Assembly (NCBI RefSeq): GCF_036321535.1
Contig: NC_087436.1
Coordinates: 105,278,001-105,342,000, forward strand
Direction: 5' to 3'
Length of the DNA stretch: 64,000 nt
From: Camelus dromedarius
Taxonomy: Eukaryota
The notes beneath the pieces were generated by a model. That model was given only the letters and a program-made list of their open reading frames with translations, made no database searches and was not told the DNA's origin. Position 1 is the stretch's first letter, and each line of letters opens with the position of its first letter. Below are positions 52,249 through 64,000 of this stretch, piece after piece. The position numbers and the translations under genes were made by a program.

Positions 52249-54796
52249 CAATGAGATTCCAACAGCTCTTTGACGAAGTACGATCTTCATTTTGAAGTTG
52301 ATAAGGCAGGCTGAGGGAACCTGAGTAACCTGCCCAGGAAGTAGCTAGTAAGTGGTGGGGCTGGGATTCAAAGTAGGTCTGAGGTCAGAGCTCATATTCC
52401 ATCTGCTACATGCCTTTGACTTCTTAATTAGACCTGACATTAGTGTTTAACATGGTCTTTGGGGGCCATTTAGATGTGTCATGAATAGCATTTAATGACA
52501 AACCTGATTTTTAGCTTGCTTTAAATGTTGTCTTCCACTTGCATCCTCTACCACCATCACAATGCTCTACCAGTGGTCTGAGAATGTCTCATGTGTCCTC
52601 TCCCACACCTTGGTCTCCTCCATTTGAATCACTCTCTCATAGTCCCTTTTCTGTCCATCAGTGGTTCATGCCCTGGAAAGTACAGCCCTCCAGAGGGTAT
52701 CTGGAAATGTGTGTGTGTCAGGGAGCATTTTGGATCCCTGATGCTTAGTGGGCAGGAGTCAGGGATGCTAAGTGTTAATACCATGAATGAATCATCCAGC
52801 CCCAGACTGCCAATAGCCCTCCCTCCAGAACTTTGGCTAAGTCCTAACTGTCTTTAGAGACCCAACTCAAGTCATCTCTGCAAGGCTTTCTCTGTCCAAC
52901 CCAGCCCCAAGTCACCTCTCCCTCTTGAATGACTCCATGCTGTTGCTACCCACGCTGTTCCTGTATAGTCTTATGTACTCTGGTTTTTTCTCTTCTTGAT
53001 GTAAAAGTCTACATGTCGAAGCACTTTGGAAGTACTCTGCCTTCAGGAAGCCAGTCTACTATTCAGTTGTATCCAGTGCTTCAGGAGCACAGTGCTTTGC
53101 TTGCTCAGTCAGTCATAAAGTGATTTAAAAAGGCTTCCATTGGCAGTGCTATAGGAATTTCTTTAGGGATTGTAGCTAGAGAGACCTGAACTGCGGGTCT
53201 TTCTACAGAATGAGTATCAATATGTATGCTAGCGATGCCAGTGAGAGGCCTGGGGGCGGGGGTGGGTTGGAGTGGAGGGTTCAACCATGACCGACCTTTG
53301 CCTGGGGCTCCAGGCAGCACCAGAGACGGCTCTCCTGAAACCTCTTGTTAGCACTTAATTCTGCACCAGTAGTCACCATGATTCATGCACCAGGCCATTA
53401 ATTCAGTGAGAAGCTGCTAAATGGGCAGACGAACAAAAACAGGAGGCCCTTCTGAGAGCCGTAAATTCTCTCTCATAACAGCTTTATATACTTGAAAGTG
53501 AAGGGTATTTCGAGAGTGCCGTGGAAAGTACCTGGAAATTCAGTTCCTAATAGAAACCTAGGAAATTTGATTCAACTACTAAGAAATTGAGGGCTTATTT
53601 CATACAAGTGGCTGGGCTGGTACAGAGATGAATAAAAAGGCAGTACCTAATCTTTCTGGAGTTCAAAAAATGGAGTTCCGGTGATTTTCAAAAACTACTT
53701 CTGCCTCCCGCCAACTCCAGATCTGGTCCTAAGAACTAGCCCCTTAACACCCTCTCCAGGCTCTTTCCTTCTCTTCACCCCTATTGCTACTGCCAGGTTT
53801 TCAAGAAGTCTGGAGGGATGGCTGCAACAGCCTCTTAACCTGGCTTCCTTGACTACTCCTGCCCCATCCAACATCCATATACCAGCACACGAACGTTTCC
53901 AAAAAGCAATCTGATCATATCACTCAGTAACTGGTGAGGGTAAAATCCTTTCATGGCACTCTAATGTTTTTACGGATGAAATCTGAACCCCTTATCAGGA
54001 CCCTTCACCATGGCAAGTCTATTTGCATCTTCAGCCTTTCTGAAATATAATTCTCTAATCCAGGTATCCTGGCCCTCGGGCAGTTTCCCAGACCTCCAAG
54101 CTCTCACTCACTGCTTCCTGATGCTGTGTGTCCCACCCCCAGTCCAGTCAACCATGCTTTCAAGATTCAGCCCAGGTTCCATGGGTGACAGGCGCCTCTA
54201 TTTGTACTCCCATTGCCACTGTGCTTTCTCACTTGTCACATGTACCATACCATAAGAGACTTTGCCTCTCTCAGTATACTTTAATTTTCTCAACTAAACC
54301 ACAAGAACTGTTATCTAGCACATCTCTGACTGCTCAGCACTCAGCAGTGAGGCTGGTGTCTGCTGGGTACACAATAAGTGCTTGCTGAATGTATTTGAAT
54401 GAGTCCTACACGAAGTCATAATAAATAAGACAAAAATGGCTTATTCAGACATGCCGTAATGTGCATTTGTCTCTAGGTGGTCCCTGCTTTGTTTCTAATA
54501 TTGCACTTGGAAAAGTTGTCATGGACAATCAAATGTCTCATTGTTCCTGAATGATGTATGGTAGTGGTACGATCTTAAAAAAGAGACAAGGTTTGTTATC
54601 CTTGGGGAAATCAAAATACAAGTCTCCAAATAATTCTGTCTCACAAATGACATGAACATTCATTTTCAAAGTGATATATGCATAGAAGATCTATAGTTTA
54701 GGAGGCTGAACATTTTGGCTAAGTGGTAGAGTTTGATACATCATGATTTTATTAATCAATCTGCCTTGCTTTTGACCTGGTTTTACTTATTTGGAC

Positions 54797-55232
54797 TGTG
54801 CGTTTATTTCCTAGGGATAACAAATCACCACTAACTTGGTGACTTAAAACAACAAAAATTTATTCTCTCACAGTTCTGGAGGCCAGAAGTCCAAAATCAA
54901 CATGTTGGCAAGCTGTGCTTCTTCCGAAGGCTCTAGTGGAGGATTCTTCCTTGCCTCTTCCACCTTCTGGTGGCTCCAGGCGTTGCTTGGCATGTGGCTG
55001 CATCACTACAATCTCTGCCTCCATCAGCACATAGCCACCTCTTCACCCTATGTCTTCTCCTCTTCTGTCTCTTCTAAGGAGACTTGTCATTGGTATTAGG
55101 TAATTCCTCAGGTAATCCACAATGATCTCACCTTGCGATACTTAATTACTCCAGCAAAGATCCTGTTTCCAAATAAGGTCACATCACAGGTTCCAGAGAT
55201 TAGTATATGGACATAACTTTTTGGGGGGACAG
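54797..55232 (-). mobile_element. MLT1B/C-like MaLR LTR
   Basis: tttattctctcacagttctggaggccagaagtccaaaatcaa...tttccaaataaggtcacat. Confidence 0.85.
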
Positions 55233-55239
55233 TTTCAAA

Positions 55240-55425
55240 GGGTCAGTCTGTCTTCAGAACTCCTCGTAAGGCTGGCTGAAGCTCCTGCTAAGACTGCATC
55301 ACACTTCGACTTCTCCCACTGCCCAATCCTGCTTTCTTCCCTTCCTCCCACAGGTGCTGATAAACAACCTGTAAGCTAATCTCCATTTCAGAGTCTGCTT
55401 CCCGGGGAACCTAATCTATGATACC
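55240..55425 (+). mobile_element. LTR16-like ERVL LTR 3' part
   Basis: tgcccaatcctgctttcttccc...ctccatttcagagtctgcttcccggggaacctaatctatgata. Confidence 0.65.
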
Positions 55426-55509
55426 ACTCAAACCTCAAAATTGGAGACCCTCAACTTTAGGGATTGGCAATATATGGAGATGACAATGGAGAAATTTCCA
55501 CGTATTCCT

Positions 55510-56660
55510 CTAACATTTACTGAGCACCTATTAGGAGCCAAGTACCTTCTAGGCATTAAGAACAGAACAGTGAACAAGGAAAGTGTCTGCCTTCCAGAGA
55601 ACTTTTTAGTGTGGGAGGCAGACAAAAACAACTAACAATTTAATATGTTAGACAGAGATATGCACTTGAAGAAAAATAAAGCAGGGTGAAAGGCTAGAGT
55701 TTGGGGGAGGGAGGCTGACATAGGATGGTCCATTCAGGGAAGGCCTTTCCAAGGCAGTGACATAAAGCAAGACTTGAAGGAAGTCGGCAACGCAAAGATT
55801 TGGGAGAAGAGCATCCCCAGCAGAGTCACCTAAAATGCAAAGGCCCGAGGTGGGAATGAGTGGTGGGTTTTTGAGAAACAGCAGGAAGGCCAGTATGGCA
55901 GAGTGGAGTGAGTAAGGTGACAAGTAGCAGGCGGTGAGATCAGAGGCCCCGACAGGTGTCTGAGCACAATGGGAAGCATTAAAGGGTTTGAGGCAGAAAA
56001 GCAACAGAATCTCATTTATGTTTTAAAAAGATCACCCTAGCTGCAGAGGGGGAAGCAGTGGAAGCAGGGGACCAGTGGAGAGGCACTGCAACAATCTAAG
56101 AGAGGATAATGGTGACTTGGACCAGTGTGAGGGTGGGGAGACGCTGGCTGGATCTGGGGATGTATTTTGAAGGTGGAACTTTAGGACCTGCTGACTGTTA
56201 TGGACTGAATGTTTATGTCCCTCAAGTTCATATGTTGAAGCCCTAACTCCCCACCCCTACTCACAATGTGATGGTGTTAGGGGTGGGGCCTTTGGGAAGA
56301 AATTAGAATTAGATGAGGTCATGAGGGTGGAGCCTCCATCATAGGATAGGTACCCCTAGAAGAAGAGGAAGAACCTCGTCACCACCATGTGAGGATGCAG
56401 CAGGAAGTGAGGCTTCCACAAGCCAGGAAGAGGGGCCTCACCCTAACCCACCTGGCAGGCACCCTGATCTTGGATTTCCAGCTTCCTGACTGTGACAAAT
56501 TATTGTGTTTAAGCCACTCACTCTGTGGTATATTGTTATGGCAGCCTGAGCTAAGACACTGATGGATTAGATGAGGGGCTAGGGGTGGACAGAGAATCAA
56601 GGCAGCTCACTGGTTTCTTGGCCCGAGCACATGGATGAATGGTGGTGTCATTTACTGAGA
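55510..56660 (-). mobile_element. L2 3' region interrupted by MLT1A
   Basis: aacatttactgagcacctatt...cagggaaggcctttcc...gcaaaggcccgaggtggga...ttttaaaaagatcaccct...gtcatttactgaga. Confidence 0.8.
56196..56558 (+). mobile_element. MLT1A-like MaLR LTR
   Basis: tgttatggactgaatgtttatgtccc...ggcagcctgagctaagaca, with near-TSD ctgac/ctgat. Confidence 0.85.
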
Positions 56661-57039
56661 CAGGCATCCTCCCCATTTACAGTTATCTAGAATCTCTTGC
56701 GCACAAGTCAGAGGGCCCACATGGCAATCTGTATTTGCAGGGGGATCCTTCACTGCATGCCTGAGATGACTTATGATGAAGGCAGTAGAGGAGACAGCTT
56801 TTTAGTTAATATAAATATGCACCTATTGCTTTATAAGAAATATTTCTGGTGGGAAAAGGAGGATAAGGGAGCTTGTAGTCAGGCGCATTCTGCTTTTATT
56901 ATTACTCGGAGAATTGTGACCTCACTTGTAGAACAGAATTAGGTCTGATGACCTTTAAAACCAGAGGAGTGCTGAATGCAGTCTGGTGTCTCTGGTCAGT
57001 TCTGCTGGCATTTATTGATATAATTATAGTTTTCTTCCT

Positions 57040-57520
57040 TATCTTGATGCAACATATTTTCCTGATACATTATTTCATAATGTTGAACCATTCTAGCAAT
57101 GCTGAAGTAAAACTGACATGAAGTGGTATAACCATCCTTCCAACATACAATTGGATTGGATTTGCTGGTAATTAACCATTTAATTCATTAGTATTTAATG
57201 TTTTTTCAAAAATAAGTTTAGAATACTTTCTTTCCATTGCCTTTTATTTTCCCTTTGATTAATTTTGGCTTTTATCTTTATTTATTACCTTTTCCTACTT
57301 TGTTTTATTTTGTTCTCTTTCTAGTTTCTTAAAGTGACCACATATTTCATTTGTTTTCAGATTATTAAAATAATGAGAGCATTTAAGTCTACACATTTCC
57401 TTTTGAGTATTGCACTACCTATGCCTATAAGCTTGGATATAAAATATTTTCCTTGTTGTTAATTTCCATACAGTTTTTCAGTTTTGAATTCTCTTTGACC
57501 CAAGTTGTTTAATTTTGTTT
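57040..57520 (-). mobile_element. Ancient L1 fragments
   Basis: tgttgaaccattctagca...ttggatttgctggtaat...gcatttaagtctacacatttcc. Confidence 0.6.
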
Positions 57521-59529
57521 TGTTTTAAAATTCCCAATTGTTTAAGGGTAATTTATGTATATATTCCTCCTTATATTTTATAGTCACTTTCCCACAATTT
57601 ACCATCCGTAGCCCAACCCCCTTTTTCATTTGTCTTGTCATGTCTGCACAATTTATCATTCTTTGTTAAAAAGGTACATATAAGCTCTCAGGCCTATCCA
57701 TGTCTTTGGGTCTTACTTTTCTGTGAAAGCCTCCAAATAGGTAAGTAATAATAAACATTTTCTACTGAACCTAAGAGGCCAGAGGAAAAAGGTAATTTTT
57801 TTTCCTCCTTTACATTAGTTATACTTTTTCAGTGTAACTGGAAAAGAAAAAGTTCATGAAGCTAAGTAAGTGGCTTGATTCAGTCAATGAGACCCAGTCT
57901 TTGGGCAATTGTTTTTATCACTGGTCATATTATCTCTCCAAGGGAAATTCTCTAGAAGCTGTTTACTGTGAGGTAAAGTATGTTAGTGATGGTTTGCCCT
58001 TGAAAGTGAAGCTGCCATTGTGAATGTGGAGGCTGAGTCTGTAATTTCTGAGAGAATCAGCATGTCCTCGGAGTTATGACTCGGGTGTTTGAGGAAATAA
58101 GCCTTCTGCAGGAAATACAGATGATCTGGTAAATGGGCACCTGAATATTAATAAATCATTTATGTTCCTTTGTTATAGAACAAACTAATGTCCTTGCTTC
58201 AGAGCAGAAGTGAGGGGCTGAGGCAGTGTGAGCAGTGTTCGATCTTCAAATGATTGACTGTGCCTTTAGGGCAAGTAACTTTCCTTCTCTGAGCCTCAGT
58301 TTCTTTACCTGCAAAGGTGGAGATTCATTCACTCATTGCTTCATTGATTAAAACACTACTGTTTGGGCAGCCTGCCTTGGAACTTACTCTTACATGTTGA
58401 AGATCTCCTGCTTGTGGCGGGGTACTTGCTGGTTCTTACTCTCCACTGCTCCCTGTGGTTTACCAAAGTCCCACCACCACCTCATCTAGCTTGGTTAACT
58501 CTTTGGATCTGAACAAATTGTTAGGTACTATGAATTTCAAAGCAAAAAGAAGGAGGGGGCCGGGAGATACCCTTCCCCTTCCCTCCTTCTGCTCCATTCT
58601 GAATTCCCCTCGGCTAGCGCATTCTAAAAGAGATCTTTCATTCTTTCAACATTATTTGATATCTTTTATATATTGGATAATGAGTGTACTAAATGCTGAG
58701 TATACAAAACCAATGAACTATAGTCTTTGTCCTTGAGAAGCCAATAATATCGCAAACCTAAAGTCTAAAAATGGATCAGACAGATTTCAGAGTCTCCGAG
58801 AGTGTAAGAAGGATATTCTTCAATAAATGTTAGGGACAGTGTTTGGCAAAAATAGCTCTCATAATTTTTATAAATTCAAATGCAACACAGTGTTCCACGG
58901 GCAGGGAATTTTCCTTGATGTTTTAACCATCTGCTAACCAGTGTTCTGCCTCTGGTTGTAGTCACTTTTCCTTCCGCTGGACATCTCCTAACACCCCTAG
59001 AAGGAAATGTTTCTAAGCTATAAAGAACTTGGGATGTGTTTTTCAAAAGTGCATTTTTTTCAACATTCAAGGAATTTCAAGAAATGCACCATTTGCCTAA
59101 GGGCAGATAATTTAAAAGATCTCTCTTGTGATGGCTTCAAATAAGTTGGTGATTGGAAAGCTGATGCATGAATATAAGGCATTATTATTCTACACTGACA
59201 CTTCAGAGGAGGAAACTAGTTAGGGGAATATTTTCCTCCCTAACATTTTATCCCTGCTGAAATAAGTCAAAATATCCAATGTTCTTTGTATTCAGAGGTG
59301 ACACTGGTACCAGCACAACTGTCAGCTGCTGTCAGTCCGGGGCTATTGGAAGCAATGTCACGGTGCTTTAACTTGCATTTCAGTTTGCTCAGCATGTCTT
59401 TGAAGCATTGCCTCTACTCATCTCTTCCACAGCTCGTTGTTCAGCCAAATTGCACTATTTCAGCAGGAACTTGGCTAAATACTTAAAAGCTAGTGGGCCA
59501 GCCTCCTCCTTGTTGAGGATGTAAGTCTG

Positions 59530-59715
59530 TGTTTTTCAAAGAGAGATCCTCAGACAGGCAGCAGCCACACTGTCTGGGGTGCTTGTTACACTGCCTATCC
59601 CTGGACCTTATCCATTGACCAAAGGACTCAGAAACTCTGGGAATAGGAGATCAGGTACCAGCATTTTAAGCAAATGCCCCTGGTGATTCCTATGCACTGA
59701 TGGTTAAGACCTCTG
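59530..59715. mobile_element. MER5A-like DNA transposon
   Basis: gtgtttttcaaa...actcagaaactctggg...gcattttaagcaaatgcccctggtgattcctatgcac. Confidence 0.6.
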
Positions 59716-60289
59716 AGTTGAGGGCTTTTACAGTCACCAACTATGTTCTGATTGAGTCTTGTGCATTCCTTTACACACTGGGACATCAACAATCTGCAGA
59801 AGCCTGTTCCTAGAAATATATGCCTGGACATCTCCATGAAGGGCAGGTCTATTCATAGGATTTGAAGCTGCCTGTCCCTTAAATATTTTATGGCTTATAT
59901 TTTGCAAATGTCCCACATGCAGTCAAGTATATCTTTCTAAATGACTAGATAGATCTGGAACAAAGAGAGAAAACAAGCCAAATCCAAAACATTAACATGC
60001 TTTGAAAGAAGAAGAGCTTGAATAGTGACAGTAGAATTATAACCCTCGACGAGAATAGAAAAAGCCCTCAGCTTGGCTGATACACAGGCAAGAACTCTTT
60101 CACATATTTGTTAAGAAAATAAAAATAAATGCAGTATCTTGGGCTCCCTTTCCAGACAGGTATCCTCCCCATCCTGCTCAGTGCAGCCTGCGTCTCCTCC
60201 TCTGGTGGCCCAGATGCAGCTCCCCCTGGCTCAGAGCTTCCTTTCCATCTGTATTACTTCTACAACCACAGACAGCATTTTTGCCCAAT

Positions 60290-60705
60290 TTTTAAAAAAA
60301 ACTTTTGATTTGGGGATAATTACAGATTTGTCAGAAATATCAAGGAAAAAAAAAAGTGTACAGGGAGGTCCCACACACCCTGCACCCAGTCTCCCCGATG
60401 GGAACATCTTGCATGACTGTAGTACGATATCAAAGCCAGGAAACCGACATTGGTCGTTGGTATAATTCACAGAGCTTCTTCAGATTTGACCATTTTTACC
60501 TGCACTGTGTGTGTGTGTATGTATAGATCCAGGCAAACTGATCACATGTGAAGATCAGCATAACTAGTACCAAATCTGAGCTATAGAACTGTTTCAGCAC
60601 CACAAGGCTCCCTTGCACTCCTCCTTCACAGCCATGCCCAGCCTCTTCCGCCACCATCTCTAACCCCTAGCAATAGCTAATCTGTTCTCTGTCTCTCTAA
60701 TTTCA
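60290..60705 (-). mobile_element. L1MC-type 3' end
   Basis: ataattacagatt...ggaacatcttgcatgactgtagtacgatatcaaagccaggaa...ctaacccctagcaatagctaatctgttctc. Confidence 0.75.
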
Positions 60706-61074
60706 CACAATTATTTTTAATAGCATTTTAATAGCCTGGAAGCGACTTCCAACCATGCTGAGCTTCCTGCCTGGACGGTCCAAGTTGTCTCTCAAGGTAC
60801 CAATTACTGTTTTTGTTAGTGCTCTCATTAAAAAGTTGTGTAAATTTTTAGTAGTCTGACTATAATCCTAATATTCCTAAAAGCATTATTTTGAATGTAT
60901 AATTATGCTGAATGTGTGGTTTTTCAGCAATGCCTCTTATGTCACAGCAGAAATATTTGCATAATGGCTCCAACATCATAGAAATCTATTTTTTACCCAC
61001 GGAAGAGTTCAAGGAAGATTTTCCTGTCTCACAAGCATTTCTCCTTTTCAGGTGACCCACACTTCTCTGCCACT

Positions 61075-61562
61075 TTGACGGTTAATTTTATGTGTTGACT
61101 GGACTGGGTCATGGGGTGCCCAGAGATTTGGTTAAACATTATCTCTGGGTGTGTCTGTGAGGGTGTTTCTGGATGAGATTATATTTGAATCAGTAGGCTG
61201 AGTAAAGCAGCTTGTCCTCCCCAATGAATTTGGATCTCGTCTAATCCATTGGAGGCCTGAACGAAATAAAAGGCTGAGTAAGAAAGAACTCTTTCTGCCT
61301 TACTGTCTTTGAGTCAGGGCATCAGTCTTCTCCTGTCTTTGGACTCAGATGTGGACTCAGATACACATTAGCTCTCCTGGTTCTTAGGCCTTTGGACTTG
61401 GACTAGAACTGGACTATTGGCTCTTCTGGAACACCAGCTTGCCATCTGCAGATCTCAGAATTTTCAGCCTCCAGGATCATGTGAGCCAATTCCTTATAGT
61501 AAAGCTGTTTCTATATACATATCCTATTAGTCCTGTTTCTCTGGAGAACCCTGACTAATACA
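61075..61562 (+). mobile_element. MLT2-like ERVL LTR
   Basis: ggttaattttatgtgttgactggactggg...cctattagtcctgtttctctggagaaccctgactaataca. Confidence 0.88.
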
Positions 61563-62389
61563 GCCACCCTCTAGGCCGTGGCATAGTTGCAGTTGTAACT
61601 CTCTAGAGGATGAGAACAGAGAGAATGGAAGAAGCCCTTCAAACTCTGATTAGGAAATAGCACAGATCACTTTCACTTGCATCTCATTGGTTAGAACTCA
61701 GTCACATGACCTCATTCAACTCTGTAACAGGGATTGAGGAAAGTTGTTTAGATCAAAGGACACCTCTCTTCTAACTTCTGAAAATAGAAGTTTCCTTAGG
61801 AGGAAAAACCAGGAGAAGAAATGGCTTTGGGGTAGGCAAAAATAGTGCCTGAAATAAGGATGAATGGAAAGATGATACCGTAAAAGTTTTCATCACAGAA
61901 TTGTTTATAATAATGAAAATATTTTAACAATCTAAATAAGCTGTAATAGGAGGTTGGCTAAATACATTATGAGGGATTCATACAACAGAATAAAATGCGA
62001 TGCTCAAAATGGTATTGTAGAAGAAAACATGATTTAGAATGACATGGAAAATGTCTATAAAGCATTGTTAAGCATGGAAAGCAGGTAAATAAACATGTTG
62101 ATAACATGTTCCTGTTTTTGTAAAACAACAATGAAAGTAGTAAATATGTGCACAGGGGAGAGACTGGATGGATATATACCACAATTTTAATAGTGGTTAT
62201 CCCTTTTGCAAAAATTATGGGCAATTCTTATTTTCTTCTTTTTTTTAAATCTGTATTTTCTAATTTTTCAGAAATATACCCAAAATGCATTGCACTTGAG
62301 ATAGAAATAATAAAAAATTATTTTAAAAGAAGGTAACAAATATATATGACCATAAAACAAGGATAAAAGGGACAAGGTTGAAAGAAGAA

Positions 62390-62620
62390 ACTGGTGATGG
62401 GGGTTTGAATCCTTGCTCTGCCATTTACTAGTTGTGTGACCTTGGATGAGTTATTAACGTTTCTAAGTCTTGATGTCCTCATCGACAAAATGAGAACACT
62501 GGTAATAAAAATACTGACCTCGCTGATTTGATAAGAGGTTTAGATAAAATATTGTTCTTATAGTTCAGTACTGAACAGTAGGTTCATCTCTTATAGTTCA
62601 ATACATAAGTACTCAAAAAG
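62390..62620 (+). mobile_element. MIR SINE
   Basis: gggtttgaatccttgctctgccatttactagttgtgtgaccttggatgagttattaac. Confidence 0.8.
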
Positions 62621-63369
62621 CTTAACCAAGCTTATCATGATAATTAGTAATAGTAATAGTGTAGTGTCTTAGGGCAACTCAAGGTATGGCACAATATATA
62701 AGTCATTGTTTTCTCCACTCCTGGGTCAAATATCAATCTCCATAAATAAATTCCTGCTTCCCCAAATCTACATTGCTTTTCTTTCACCTCAGTTTTGGCA
62801 CTATTCTTATTCCTAATCTTTCAAACATATTCCTTGTTATCATTACTATTCAGCCTAAACTCTGTTACCATTTTTTAAAAGTCACAAATTATAATCTTCA
62901 TTATTTCATTTTCACAAAAGACCACACCATCAATCAAACATCCTTAAAGATCGTTTCTAAAGAATTTGGCTCTTAAGAAACTTCTAAGCAATTATGATGT
63001 CCACGTGTTATAGAAAACAGCTCTCTTATCAGCACCACCACACACATACCTATCTCCATCCCCAGTGTTTCTTTTCTGTACAGGTGATTCTCCAGCCCCT
63101 CACTCACTCCCACCCCTCCTTCCAGCCAGGCCTTCTTCCTTCTCTTTGGAGGGACTGCCCTGGGCCAGCACTCATTATGGTTTACTCTGGTTGATGCTGG
63201 ATGCTGGAGAGGAACCCATTTGGCAGTGCCTCTAACCTAGACTTTATCAGAGTTAAGGAGGATATTTTGGCCTCTGTCTGCCTCATCTTTTGTCTTATTT
63301 CTCAATTGGTTCAAAACTTGGATGGGAAAAGCAGTTTAATTTATTGGGCCCTAGTCAAAGTTCCCAAGA

Positions 63370-63402
63370 ACACACACACACCACACACACACACACACAC
63401 AC
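63370..63402. repeat. (CA)n microsatellite
   Basis: Seen directly. Confidence 0.9.
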
Positions 63403-63602
63403 AGTTTCTTGAGAATACAACTTCAAAGGATAAAGGTGGTTTTTTTTGGAGGGGTGGGGGTTGCTTTAACTAAAGCTATGGTAAGGAGCAGGCAGGAAGG
63501 AAGGTATATTAAAGCATTTAAAGAAGTAAAAATATCTGACCAGAATAGGAAAGTTTAGGTGAATGCTCAATGTGGATTCAGTTTGCATTTTCAGAATAGG
63601 AT

Positions 63603-63768
63603 AGTGCTTCTCAAATTTTCATAGTGCCAGAGAATCTCCAGGGGATGTTGTTGCAATTCATATTCTGATTCAATAGTTCTGGTGTGGAGCCTAAATTATG
63701 TTTTTCCAATAAGCTCCAGGTAATGCTGATGCCTCTGGCCCACAGACAACACCTTGAGTAGCAAGGGT
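63603..63768. mobile_element. MER5A/B-like DNA transposon
   Basis: agtgcttctcaaatt...attctgattcaatag...aagctccaggtaatgctgatgc...caccttgagtagcaagg. Confidence 0.75.
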
Positions 63769-64000
63769 GTAGAATATCATGAACCTTCCACACTCAGTAA
63801 TTATTCGTCAACTTCTTTATTTTGAAGGAAATTTACATTAATAATTATTTGGCTTAATCTAATATTTATGATATGCCTACAATTTCCTAAGTATACATCT
63901 ATCTGGATAGCATATCATATTTGTTCACATCATTCGCCTACCCCTACCTTTTAATGACTCCCATTATCAGCAGGCTTTTGCTACTTAACAAATCAGGCCA

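Noticed and set aside
22500..64000. A second protein-coding gene (e.g. SEPSECS, the upstream neighbour in human from recall) or a processed pseudogene
   Set aside because: No recognisable exons and no second CpG island. The listed ORFs fall in repeats or look random. Non-coding exons cannot be excluded by eye.

Overview
Eukaryotic (mammalian) genomic DNA, most likely camelid, judged from vic-1-type tRNA-derived SINEs. The left third (4765-21920, minus strand) holds coding exons 1-7 of PI4K2B (phosphatidylinositol 4-kinase type 2 beta), with a CpG-island promoter at about 21.4-22.3 kb. The remaining exons lie beyond position 1. The right two thirds is upstream intergenic DNA dense in L1, L2, MIR, MaLR/ERV LTRs and DNA transposons. 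Almost all ORFs in the supplied track are spurious. I see no convincing new biological system. The best oddities are: (1) an ORF1-only 'half-L1'-like retroposon in intron 7, with its own poly(A) tail, a 14-bp TSD and an antisense ORF2 scrap as its 3' end; (2) loss of the expected exon-2 splice acceptor (AA in place of AG), which probably shifts splicing 18 nt downstream in frame; (3) a vic-1 SINE apparently carrying a 3' transduction; (4) a uORF and an extra dileucine motif at the 5' end of PI4K2B. Repeat subfamily names and human-orthologue comparisons are from memory, not database searches. Repeat boundaries are approximate unless a TSD is given.
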